Source of the DNA: Chiloscyllium plagiosum
Lineage: Eukaryota
Reading direction: 5' to 3'
Length of the DNA stretch: 54,603 nt
Assembly (NCBI RefSeq): GCF_004010195.1
Contig: NC_057751.1
Span: forward strand, 3,068,379-3,122,981
Shown here: piece after piece, positions 32,860-44,900 of the stretch
Layout: each line of letters starts with the position of its first letter
Numbering within the stretch: position 1 is the first letter of the stretch
Notes under the pieces: generated by a model
The model's input: the letters and a program-made list of their open reading frames with translations, nothing else
What the model was told of the DNA's origin: nothing
Databases searched by the model: none
Translations under genes and position numbers: made by a program

Positions 32860-33240
32860 GACCACAGGCATCCACTCCCTCCAGCACCGACGCTCAGTAG
32901 CAGCAGTGTGCACCATCTACAAGATACACTGCAGTAATTCACCAAAGATCCTCAGGCAGCACTTTCCAAACTGGAAGGACAAGGGGCAGCAGATACATGG
33001 GAACACCACCCCCTGCAAGTTCCCCTGAGCCCCTCCCCATCCTGACTTGGAAATCTCTCACCATTCCTTCACTGTCACTGGGTCAGAATCCTGGAATTCC
33101 CTCCCTCAGGGCATTGTGGATCTACCCACAGCACATGGACCGCAGCGGTTCACGAAGGAAGCTCACCCCCACCTTCACTTGGGGCAACTAGGGACGGGGT
33201 AATAAATGCTGGGCTCAGCCAGTGACCCCCACGTCCCGTT
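32860..33240 (+). mobile_element. 3' end of the second CR1/L2-group LINE family
   Basis: IHSLQHRRSVAAVCTIYKIHC..SWNSLP..; tail GGGCAACTAGGGA.GGG.AATAAATGCTGG. Confidence 0.78.
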
Positions 33241-34879
33241 ATGAGATGGGAGAGGAATGCCCCTCGAATAACAGGATGGATGTCCTTGCGGAATACAGGG
33301 CGGTTCTGGTCAGGTCCCTGGCTGAAGTTCACTCCTCAGCCAAACAAGGTGTCAATAACCAACACAGTCTTTGTCCCAGGGCCTGCCTGTGGGATCTTGT
33401 GTCTGAGACATAGCAGCGAGCGAGCGGACTCTGAGTGTTGCTGGTGGTTGTGAAATCTTGCAGCCTGCCCTGAGGTTTGTGGTGACGGAGGGGGGGGATG
33501 GGGGGGGGGGGAGTGTGAATAACAGGCACAGTCAAAAGGAAGGGCTTCCTGTCTCCATTTCAGACTTTCCAATTAAGGGCATCTGCCCGGGAGGAGGAAG
33601 GAGATTGTGGTTTGTTTGGAAAGAGTGATGGTTTGTGTGTGTGTGTGTGTGTGTGGGTGCTTCCCCCTCACAGAGCCCAGTTCCTGCCTTCCTGTCCCAG
33701 ATGTGACACAGAGGAAGTCACCATTTCCAATTCACCAGAAAGCTTCCCAATCCGGGGCGTGGTTATCCATCATCCAATCAGAGTCTTTACGAAAAAGCTG
33801 GCTACCTGAAAAGGGGCCATGGATCTTTCAAATCCCCATCCCATTCAGCATTTCCTCCGGGCCACGGCCAGACAGGGAGCTCGGGATCCACTCGCTTGGC
33901 CAAGGTCAAGTACGAGACTGATGTGGCCTCCCTGCAATGAGTCGTGGGTCTCACTCTATCGCCCTTTCGGAGACACCCTCTGGGTGTCAGACCCAGAGGA
34001 AGAGTTCAGAAAACGTTAATGTTCCCATCACATTCAGCTCCACCCACCGTGCCAATGTCTCTCAGTCTGTGGGAGCAACAACAGGTAGCTCAGCGAGAGG
34101 TTCCCATGGAGATGGAGGGGTCCTGCCTGGCTCCTGGTCATCACACTGAAATAGTTCCTGTTCCTTGTCCTCCCTGGCTGGGTCAGCCCAACATCCTGTT
34201 CCTCTCCCACACACTGGGGGACGGCTCTGTCTCTGCAGCACCAGCTTATCCCATGATCAGGCCTGCCCACTGACAGAGAGCATGGCAGGCGCAAGAGCCC
34301 AGCAGGCAGCCAGACTTCCACTCGATGCTGATGTGACTCCATACAGAGCCTATCCATGCTCCAGTCTGGAGCTTTCCTTTGGGAATGATGGGAATCAGGA
34401 TCTTACCCACAATCCTGCAGGGCACGGTCACCCAGAGCTTCATAGGAGGAACAGTGAGGCCTTCGGCCCGATCCCAGCTCTCCGCAGGCCCAGGGCCACC
34501 ATCTGAGTGAGTGAGTGTGTGTGTGTGAGAGTGGGTCTCCCCATCAATGGCACCATAACAGACCGCTTGCATTGCTGTTAGTGGGATCCTGCTGTGTTTG
34601 ACACTGCTGGCCATAGGGCAATGGTGGGGCATCCTGACCTCTCCTCTCTCTCTCTGTCTGTCTCTCTCGGTCACGGTGAGGGCTCGAGGTGGGGAACAGG
34701 GGAGGTGGGGGGAGGTCCCTTCCTACAGACCTCAGTGTGGGAGAGTCGGGGAGTTATTTGGGATGAGAGGGGTGGTTGGAAAGGACAGGAATCACCCTTG
34801 AGAGAGAGGGACCCAGGGGGAATAGGATGGTGCCACTCACTGTCGACATGCCCCAGGGATATGGCCATACAGATGAGGC

Positions 34880-35310
34880 AAAAGTGAGGACTGCAGATGC
34901 TGGAAATCAGAGTCCAGATTATAGTGGTGCTGGAAAAGCACAGCAGGTCAGGTAACATCCGAGGAGCAGGAAAATTGACGTTTTGGGCAAAAGCCCTTCC
35001 AGCACCACTCAAATTTTTATCTCTCCCTGCATTCAGTCCTGCTGTAGACTATGTCTATATGGAGACAGAGAGACACTGACACACTCACACTCTCTCTCAC
35101 TCACTCACATACACACACACAAACAGAGACATATCTTTACTGAAATATCAGCTCATATTCCTTCTGTTGTTTCTACCAAATATCTTCATCATTTCTGAGG
35201 AAGGGTCACTCGCTCTGAGACATTAACTCTGATTTCTCTCCACTGACCGTGCTGGAGCTGTGGAGACTTTCCAACAATTTCTGTTTTTCTTTCTCATTTC
35301 CAGCATCCGA
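34880..35310. mobile_element. Penelope-derived repeat fragments (34880-35008 on -, 35193-35310 on +)
   Basis: Family motifs with decayed hammerhead cores (AGGGCTTTTGCCCAAAACGTC; CTGAGGAAGGGTCACTCG). Confidence 0.65.
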
Positions 35311-36019
35311 AGGTTTTTTTTTTGGAATGTTTACCAATCAGTCCGTTAACGTGGCCACGGGAAAACTGCAAGTCAGGAACTCTGAGAAAGCTGATCTCCT
35401 GTGGCCCCCTGTGTTTTCAGGAGGAGATTGGTTCTGTCTGTCATTGTGGATACACACGGAAACCACAGTTCATTTTCTCAGCTCTCTGTGTCCCTGGGCA
35501 GAGAGAGTCAAACAGACATCACAGTCTGCACTTTCACTCACAGCCCTCAATGCAAAACTGGTGGAACTGAGCCCCTGGTAAGAGTGATGAGATTTATCTG
35601 ACACCCTTCATGTGATCCACCCGACTTAGCAGGGAACACAGGGATCCGCTTGATGGATTGATGGCTGGTCAGATGCTCTCGCTGTCACACGGTGGGTCAG
35701 TGGGTGCTGCCCTCTGACCCCTCACACACCCAGTCCCTTGCCTGTGGTGGGGGCAGTGGGAGATCTGGCCATGGGCTGACTGTTGGGAGCAGTCACTCAT
35801 CACGCAGTGTTCACTTGGTGCTCTCTCAGACGGTCTGAAGAGCTGCAACATCTCCATCCAGTCCGGGGGGAGATAGCAGCTGGCCCCACGGGCTGAATGG
35901 CCATCCTGACTCCTGCTCCTTCCAGGGTGAATTGATTCCAGAGAATCTGCAGTGTTTTATCAGTTTTCCCCACACAGTTCTCCAGGTGGAGTTGGTGCAG
36001 ACTGAAGGGGGAATCCTCT

Positions 36020-37195
36020 CACATACGTGGCACTGTCATGATAAGGGCCCATGGTGTCTAGCATGGGCAGATGATTGGCTGGCTGGCAGGAAGCAGAGAC
36101 TGGGGACACAAGGGTTTTTCTCAGGATGGCAGCCGGTGACAAGTATGGTTCTGCTGGGTTAGTGTTGGGACCACAACTTCTCACTTTATACATTAACCAT
36201 CTTGATGAAGGAACTGAGGGCATTCTGGCTATGTTTACAGATGATACAAAGATAGGTAGAGGGAAGGCTGCATTGAGGAGGCGGGGAAGCTGCAGAAGGA
36301 TGTGGACAGGTTAGGACAGTGGGCAAAGAAGTGGCAGATGGAGTACAACGTGGGTAAGTGTGAGGTCATGCACTTTGGTCAGAAGGACAGAGGCATGGAC
36401 TATCTTCTAAATGGGGAGAAAATGCAGAAGTCTGAGGTGCAAAGAGACTTGGGAGTTCCAGTCCAGGATTCTGTCAAGGAAACTTGCAGGTTGAGTCAGT
36501 AGTTATGAAGGCAAATGTAATGATGGCATTTATTTTGAGAGGACATGAATATAAAAGCAGGGATGTACTTCTGAGGCTCTATCAGGTTCTGATCAGACCA
36601 CATTTGGAGGATTGTGGGCAGTTTTGGGCCCCATATCTCAGGAAGGATGGACTGGCCCTGGAGCGTGTACAGAGGAGGTTCATGAGACTGGTCCGAGGAA
36701 TGAAAAGCTGGAATACAAGGACCCTGGGGTCGATAACCGATGTTGAGAAGGATGAGGCCCCACTGATTGATTCTACTCAATGGAATTCAGAAGGATGAGG
36801 CGGGGGGGGGGGGATCTAATTGAAACATACAGCATCCTGAATGGCCTGGACAGAGTGGATGTTGGGAAGATGTTTCCACTGGGAGGAGAGACAAGGACCT
36901 GAGGGCACAGCCTTAGAGTAAAGGGAACACCTTTCAGAACAGAGATAAGGAAAAACTTCTTCAGCCAGAGAATGTGGAGTCTATGGAATTCTCTCCCTCA
37001 GAGGCTGTGGGGGGCCAGGTCATCGAGTATATTTAAGACAGAGATAGATGGGTTCATGAGTAAGTAGGGGATCAAGGGTTACAGGGAGACAGCGGGAGAA
37101 TGAGTTTGAGAAACTTATCAACTGTGATTGAATGGCAGAGCAGACACAATGGGCTGAATGACCTCATTTTTTGCTGCTGTGGTTTTCTGGTCTTA
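36020..37195 (+). mobile_element. CR1 LINE ORF2 3' half and 3' UTR, inactivated
   Basis: [64 protein letters not shown]. Confidence 0.93.
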
Positions 37196-37909
37196 CGGAT
37201 TCTCGAGGAGAGACCACTCCAGGACAGAATGCTGAGCTGTCAGAAGGTGTGACCCAGACTCTGCTGTGTGTGGCAGGACACACAGGAATGGAGAGTGAAG
37301 ATTAAAATCGCAACCGCCACAGTCTCACAGAACAGCCCAGCAGGCTGGAGGGGCAGAGTGGCCTGTTCCAGATTGTGTCAGTGAGTGTGTGAGAGAGACA
37401 GGGAGCTGGAGCCAGGGCAACTTCACCCACATGAAATTCTGCAGAGAATGGCCACAGCCCAATTGTGCACAGCAGGATCCCAGAACGATTCAATCATTTG
37501 TGCCTGTCACATGACCGGGCAACTGACCAATCAAAAACAAGTGCATTTCTGAGCTCCTCTGATAGGCACTGCTTCAGAAACCCCAACGAAACCATTGGCT
37601 GGGGCAGGAAATCCATCAATCCCCCAATCAATAACAAGCTGCATTGAGTTAGCACCAGCTCAGTGATGGGTTTGAACAGGTTTTGGAAACAGCGGGTGAT
37701 GAAAAGATGGAATGGTGATGTGGTGATGGGCAAAATCACATCAGTTGCGTGTCAGACCATGTCCACATCTAACAAGAAATAAAGTTGGCTCTTAGGCTCA
37801 CGTGGTGCAGTGGTAGTGACCCTGCCTCTGAGCCAGGGCATGTGTTCAATTGTCATCTGCTCCAGAGGGTGCACCATTACATCTCTAGGCAGCCTGGTTG
37901 GGAAATATC

Positions 37910-38215
37910 TTGGTGCTGGACATGAGTGAACATCCCCACCTCTGACCTTCAGATGGAGGGAAGGTCATTGATGAAGCAGCTGAAGATGGTTGGGCCTAGG
38001 ACCCTACGCTGAGGAACTCCTGCAGAGATGTCCTGGAGCTGAGAGGACAGACCTCCAACAACCAGATCCATCTTCCTCTGTGTCGGGTATAACTCCAGAC
38101 AGTGGAGAGTTTGTCCCAAATACACATCGATTCCAGTTTGGTTGGGACTCTGTGATGCCACACTTGGTCAAATGTGGCTTTACTGTCAAGGATGGTCACT
38201 GTCCCTCCCTGATTG
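37910..38215 (-). mobile_element. RT-domain fragment of a CR1/L2-group LINE
   Basis: LDSKATFDQVWH..KLESM, DISAGVPQ..VLGPTIFSCFINDLPSI. Confidence 0.85.
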
Positions 38216-39203
38216 GGCACTGCCAGCTTCTGCCATGTCCTCTCTGATCATGCCAACAGCCAACCTTCAACTCCCGTTGGTAATAGCTGCTGATTTGGTC
38301 ATTGCTTCATGGCTCTGTGTGATCAGGTGTGTGTGGGATCTTGCTGTGTATTGATTGCCCCCTGCATTTCCCCCTTGGGACTGGCCTTCAGTGATGGTGA
38401 GGCTGTTGAGGAGCATTGTGCAGGAAGGTCCATGGTCAGGGCTGGTGAGAGTCCCATTGGGTTTGAGGAGCTCACGCAGCTGTGTGGGGGGGGGGGTGTC
38501 AGCTATCAGCTCAGACACACAGAGACCAAGCACCCCCACCCCTAGCCGTGACCCCACAGTTAGAAGCAGCTACAATCTCTGGGCCATCAGAGACCACAGC
38601 AAAGTGAGACCCTGCACACCAGTCAATGGGCCACAGCCCTGTCACCCTGCCCTCTTTCCCTCATTGCTTTTCACCAGCACTGGGGTTACCCATTCCAAAC
38701 CCTGGGTCCAACCAGGCTTTCAATTGGTGGAGGTCAGCCACCATGTGGGGAAACCTCCCTGGATCTGTCCAACCAGAGCCTGCAAAGCCCAAGAAACATC
38801 TGAGCATGTGCAGATGGTGAGCTCTCATTAGTTGGATTGGGTACCTGACCTGACTGGAGTGGAAGCTCACTTTCACCACCAGGATAAAGTGGATGCTGAG
38901 TTCTGACAGTGACCACCCTGTTGGGGGAGAGCATTCGGAATGGTTGTTCCTTGGTAAGTGAACCTGTCTCACTGAGCATTGCCACAAGTTGCCAGGTAAG
39001 ATAGGGTGGGGATTGAGCGAGCTCGGTGTGTTATATTTGTTGGAAAATCCCATTTCCATGTTTTAGTGAGGACTGTTCCCTGGAAAGGGTCACGTGACCT
39101 TGTGTGTGTGTGTGTGTGTGTATATGACAGTTGGCTGTGGACTGAGCTGGGACATGGCTCGATGTAGGTTTGAGCTGGTGTGGCCCTGGTTGGTGTTTCA
39201 GTC

Positions 39204-39600
39204 TCAAACATCGACTGCTCCTGGAGGACCATGAACTCGGTGGAAGATGCTCTTTGGTCTACCCGAGACGTGTTGGCTGTCCAGAGCGTGAAGTTGGCCC
39301 TGACTGAGTGTTACAGACTGAGACATCCCAAGGTCTAGGAACGAAGGGACCCACTGAATCCTGGGGCAGCTGTCCCAGTGCAGTGGGGGAAGACCACTGT
39401 CTGAGGCCTTTCTACTGAAGGGGGCCTGTTCCATCACCAGACCCTCTCAGTGTCTCACATTTGTACAAATCGTCATATTGTATGTGTAATGCAGGTCATC
39501 GGTCTGTTTGGACACAGGCAAACTGCAATGTTTGGATGCTTCACTTAAAATGCAATGTCCAGAACCGAACTGCTTTAGTGACAAAGAGAAGATTTGCAAT
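39204..39600 (+). mobile_element. Tx1-like (L1 clade) non-LTR element, 3' end remnant
   Basis: NIDCSWRTMNSVEDALWSTRDVL..TECYRLRHPKV*..QWGKTTV* (39204-39404) resembles, from memory, the C-terminus of Tx1-type ORF2. Confidence 0.6.
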
Positions 39601-39739
39601 AGTTTCCATTTTGGAAATGAAAACCAAGTGGTTGAAGTGTTTTCCCCTCCTGACCCACCAGTCTCCAAAACCCAGAGGACAGCCACTCCCTCCAGACACC
39701 CTCCCCCCCCCCCCCCCCAACCCACACCCCACACGCTGA

Positions 39740-40020
39740 AACTACCTTTGTTGTACCGGTCCCAACTAGCCCGGTACATATCCCAATGGTCCACACACCT
39801 GAAGCCCCCCTCCTACAGCAGTTCTTTAGCCACATATCTAATTATACTATCTTCCTATTCCAAGCCTCATTGACACATGGCATAGTAAGTAATCCTGAGA
39901 TTATAAGCCTAAAGGTTCTGCTTTTCAACTTCTTAACTAACTCCCCGAACTCCCTTCGCAGGGACTCACCTCTCCCTTTGCCCTCTGTTGTTCATAACAA
40001 TATGGACCACAACCTCTGGC
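39740..40020 (-). mobile_element. CR1 ORF1 esterase (SGNH-type) fragment
   Basis: PEVVVHI..N....RREFGEL.KKLKSRT.R.IISGLL..P....NRKI..WLKNCCRR.G...DHWD. Confidence 0.75.
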
Positions 40021-40021
40021 T

Positions 40022-40127
40022 CCTCAGCACTGAGCCCCCGACAGTGCGGCGCTGCCTCAGCACTGAGCCCCCGACAGTGCGGCGCTGCCTCAGCACTGAC
40101 CCTCCGACAGTGCGGCGCTGCCTCAGC
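40022..40127 (+). repeat. Three-unit copy of the 33-bp minisatellite
   Basis: (CCTCAGCACTGAGCCCCCGACAGTGCGGCGCTG)x3. Confidence 0.92.
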
Positions 40128-40577
40128 TCTGCAGTGAGGGTGTGAGCCTGTGTATATTGTGTTTGGGAGGTAATTCTGTGCTATTCCGAGTTGGATGTTA
40201 TTGGGGAGTTGTTGGCTGATGGTCTGAGCTGTGTGTGTGTGTGTGTGTGTGTCTCAGACTGGAATGAGCTCAGGCCCAGGGTGGGATTAGATTTATCCTG
40301 GTAACAGGAAGTGTTCCCCTTCTGCACCGTGCACCCTCGTAACCATGTGGGTGTCCTGGAGAAACCAGAGAGGTGCCCGGGGCGGGTGGAGGGGATGCCA
40401 TTGTATAAACCCTCAGCAAGCCCATGGCTTTGTTGGGACTGAGAGAACAAAATTCACAGCACAACAGGATAAGGACAGGGATTGGTGGGAGGGTGAAACT
40501 TGGGAATGATGAGCCAGTACCATCCCTGATGGGCAGACCAGCCTCATGCGCCTGTGAAATCCGTTCACCCAAGTGCT

Positions 40578-41077
40578 NNNNNNNNNNNNNNNNNNNNNNN
40601 NNNNNNNNNNNNNNNNNNNNNNNNNNNNNNNNNNNNNNNNNNNNNNNNNNNNNNNNNNNNNNNNNNNNNNNNNNNNNNNNNNNNNNNNNNNNNNNNNNNN
40701 NNNNNNNNNNNNNNNNNNNNNNNNNNNNNNNNNNNNNNNNNNNNNNNNNNNNNNNNNNNNNNNNNNNNNNNNNNNNNNNNNNNNNNNNNNNNNNNNNNNN
40801 NNNNNNNNNNNNNNNNNNNNNNNNNNNNNNNNNNNNNNNNNNNNNNNNNNNNNNNNNNNNNNNNNNNNNNNNNNNNNNNNNNNNNNNNNNNNNNNNNNNN
40901 NNNNNNNNNNNNNNNNNNNNNNNNNNNNNNNNNNNNNNNNNNNNNNNNNNNNNNNNNNNNNNNNNNNNNNNNNNNNNNNNNNNNNNNNNNNNNNNNNNNN
41001 NNNNNNNNNNNNNNNNNNNNNNNNNNNNNNNNNNNNNNNNNNNNNNNNNNNNNNNNNNNNNNNNNNNNNNNNNNNNN
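40578..41077. other. Assembly gap (500 N)
   Basis: Run of N. Confidence 1.
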
Positions 41078-41630
41078 GAGTGTGCAATGGTGAATCTCTG
41101 ATGAGTGGAGCCTGTTGTGGAAGCACTTGCTGTATTTTCTGGTGCATCTGTGTTCAATATGACCAGCCCCGCATCCCAGAAGGATGTGTCAGGAGGGGAG
41201 GGTGCCGACTGTAGCCTGGGTCTCGGGATATTGCCATCTGTGAGTACGTGTTGGTGGAGACAGGTGAAGACAAAATCATTTCAGATCAGCCAACATCCCA
41301 CCAAAGGTGCAAACACCTTCTGTTGGTCCAGATTCATTCCTGCAACTGCACTGGAATTCTGCAGCGTGGAGTGGGAACAGTTCCAACTGTGGACCCTCCT
41401 TCCCTTCAGTGGGGTATTGTTGGATAGACACGTGTGTGGGTGTGCGCGCACGCGCGAATCCTCTGGTACACACTGGAACAGGTGAAGAATGCAGGGGCTG
41501 AGCTCTGGACTTGCTGTGGTCCCCACCCCCAGCCCCAGCCCCCAGCCCTCATCATGCACTCTCCCGTTCCTCCTGACTGCAGTTGGCTCCCCCACAGCAG
41601 ACTGGACCCTCTCACTAAATCTCCCTGTGT

Positions 41631-41636
41631 TTTATT
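41631..41636 (-). terminator. Probable GOT1L1-like polyadenylation signal
   Basis: AATAAA on the - strand (TTTATT on +), about 120 nt past the stop codon. Confidence 0.6.
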
Positions 41637-41754
41637 CACATTAAAACTTTAAAAGATAAACTGGACCCCTCGCGACAAACCTGCCCCTTGTTGCACTGCA
41701 CGGGGAACAGGAAGTGAGGGATAGGGGATGGTAGACGGGCAGAGTGGCCTGCAG

Positions 41755-41927
41755 TTACAGCTCTGTTGGCTGCGCTGTCTCAGGGGTTTCAAGACCTGAC
41801 TGAACAGCCTCACTGATGCACTGGGCTACGTAGGAGAGGTTCTGGCTGTTCATCAGGCTCATGTTGATCTGGCCAATGGATGTCAGGTAAATATGTCTCC
41901 TCTTCTTCAAGTACATGATCTCGGAAT
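41755..41927 (-). CDS. GOT1L1: GOT1L1-like terminal exon 9 (DSEIMYLKKRRHIYLTSIGQINMS...PTEL*)
   Basis: CAATAG| acceptor, TAA stop at 41755-41757; aligns to KHIYLLPSGRINVSGL..NLDYVA..IHEAV. Confidence 0.93.
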
Positions 41928-44900
41928 CTATTGGGAAGACACAAAGAACTGGGTGAGTGACTGCTGGGGTCTCGCGCATGCACTCTCTCTCAGACACATA
42001 CACAGACTCACACACACCTGGAGGGGCTCGCTTTGGGGGAGCTGGGCAGACATAGCTAGTGGGGAAAGTAGACATGGTGATCAATGGTTCAGGCAGAGTG
42101 AGAGCTAGAGCAGTGGGGGTGGGGGAGATGGGAGCGTCAGCCATTCAGGAGAGGGCTGAAGAGGTGTGTCTTTGTCGAGATCGAGAATCGTGTTGGCACA
42201 GTCTGAGGCCCGTCAGCCTTTCACATTGCTGTCGGCTCGCTGCCAGTCCGCAGTTGACCGAGGCAGACAAATGGAGTTGAGGACTGTGAAGGATTAAAAC
42301 AAAAAGCATAAAGTTGGCAGAGATAATGGTCAACCTGAAGATTGGGATGCTTTTAGAATGCAGGCAAGTAGGACCAGGGCACTGGGGAAAGAAAGTGACA
42401 ATACAACAAGAATGCAACTGAGCAAAAGGAAACATCAAAACAGACTGTAAAAGCTTCTGCAGGTACAGAGAAGGGACACGTTTCCATTAATTGTGCATGT
42501 TCATTTATCTTAATAGGAACTTTTGACAGGGACAGAGGAATGGGATAGAAGCTTTGTCTGTCACTGAAGGAGAGACAAAGCATCTCCCAGGACGAGAGAT
42601 CCAAGTGGCTTTGGAGAATGAGTTGTTGAAGGGAATTAGCAGGAGTCAGCAGGTTGTACAGAAGAAACGTATGGGAGTGAAAGGTGCAGATTTCCCAGGA
42701 GTTGATGGTCTACACAAAGATGGTTAATGTCGCCCCACTCTTTAATAAAGAGAGTGAGAGAGAGAGAGAGTGAGAGAGAAACCCTGGACCTTCTGATTGG
42801 CTTTGCCAAATATCAGTCGCCAGACAAATGCAGGAGGTTACTGTCAAGGATGTGATGATGAGACACTCTGGTGTCAATGAGGTGGTTAGGCACAGTTAGC
42901 ACAGGTTTGGGTCACTTTGGAAGGAGCTCTGTCAGACCACACTGAGAGCACTGTCTGCAGATCTGGTTTTCTTCTCTCGAGGATCACAGCCAAGGTGGGC
43001 ATCTGGAACCCAAAGGAAGGTCAGGGGAGGGGTCCTGAGTCTGAGAAGAAGAGACAGGTTTGTTGATGGGACAGTTGTAAACTTTTAAAATCTCTCTGGT
43101 GGAGGGCTGGGGAAACTCGCTGTGTTGAAGGTAGAGATTGTGAGATTTCTGATTGTCAGGATTGGTGTCGGGAATGGAGAAGACGCGTTGTACTGTCCCA
43201 TCAGTCATGACCATGTCCAATGTCCAGACACACTCAATGGGCTGAATGGCCAGCACCTCTTCATTAAAAAGGACCTGCTTGATGGACCTTGCTGCTTTAA
43301 GATGGAGGGTCAGCAAGTGATTGGCCGGATTGGGAATGGAGTTTTATTTTTAAAAGCCTTCCCTCGTGGGATGTTGGCATCGCTGGTTGGGTCAGCATTT
43401 ATTACCCATCCCTAATTAGTCAGGGGGCAGCTGAGCATCAACCCCATTACTGTGGGTCTGGAGTCACGTGTAGGCCAGACCAGGTAAGGATGGCAGTTTC
43501 CTTCCCTGAGGGACATTCGTGATTCAGATGGGGATTTCCCAATAAGGGAATCATGGTCATCACTGGACGAGTTTTTGTTGTTGTTGAATTAAGATTTCGC
43601 CAGGTGCTGGGGTGGGATTCAAACCCAGATTCGGAGAACACGAGGCTGGGCCGGCGCCTGCCAGGGTGACCCATTGGTGGTGTGGGACAGCATGATGCTC
43701 TGCTCTGGGTGACACTCTGCTGAGGCTTTCCATCCCGGATCCCCAGGGCTGTTCCCACTGGCTTCCTGATCCCGATGGTGATTACCAGCTTGGAAATTAC
43801 AAGCAACGCCTGATCCAGCCGGTTCCCCTTTCAACCCCCTGGAATGGCACCCCGTGGGTTCACTTGCCGCAGCTGCTTGGGAGGGAGGGCCTTGTGGGAT
43901 CTTGCCATGCCAGGAGCCTCACCTTTGAAGTCAGCGAACATGTAGAGTCCGATCTGTCGTCTGATGTGGTTCAGCGGCCTGAGGGTCCCCAGAGTGCGCA
44001 GCTCCTCCGCCAACTTCTCCCTTATCAACATCAACCGCTCCGCCATGCTCCTCAGATTTGCCTGCCTGGGGGTGGACACAGAGGGGGGGAGGAAGGGAGG
44101 GAGGGAGGGAGGAAGAGCCTCTTGTTACCTGGAGGAAACACTCCCTCTTGTCATGCCCCCACGGCCCACCCCTGCACAAACACATCATCTCCATTTCTCA
44201 GGCTGGTGAAAGAGGATCAGACTTTGACTCCGGTGACACACACCTATTCAGGGATTTTGTTTATGTCTCAGCTTGGGGGCGGTTTTGGAAAGGTCCCTGG
44301 ACGAAAGAGGATAGCACTCCTGAGAAAAAGGGGGAAAGGTTCAAGCAAGTAGTTGAGGGGCAATTGCAGTTTCGAACCGATGGAATAAAGCCCTGAACAG
44401 GCCATTTGAAGCTGAGAGTGTTTAAACCCCAGGGTCTGCAAGCTTGAGGAAATGTCAACGTTTCTGGCATAAGCCCTTCAGCGAGACTGACATCATTCCT
44501 GATGAGCTTATGCCCGCAGTGTCGACTCTCCTGCTCCTGGGGTGCTGCCTGACCTGCTGTGCTTTTCCAGCAACACATTTTTTGACTCTATATCACCAGC
44601 ATCTGCAGTGCTCACTTACTCCTGGTTAGATGAAACATGTTGAAGTGTTTGAGAGAGCGTGCACACACTCAAGGGGCAGTTTGTGACGAGCCTACATAAT
44701 TGTTTCTGGGATCCTTAAAGGAATGTTTTGGATGAAGGGGATGATATTGTACCATGTGTTTTACAACCCATTAAGTTGGGTAAATAGTTTGGCTTCTAGT
44801 ATTTTATCTCCAGTGCTTTGTGTAAGAAGCTCCTGTTTTGTTGTTAAAAGCAGGACGGTGTGTACATCTCTCAGGGAGAGAGCATCGGTCCAAAACAAAA

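Noticed and set aside
33919..34149. Selenocysteine readthrough of the two in-frame TGA codons
   Set aside because: No selenoprotein-like context and no SECIS that I could identify.
40270..41214. Long ORFs of 179-295 aa
   Set aside because: They are open only because of 500 N.
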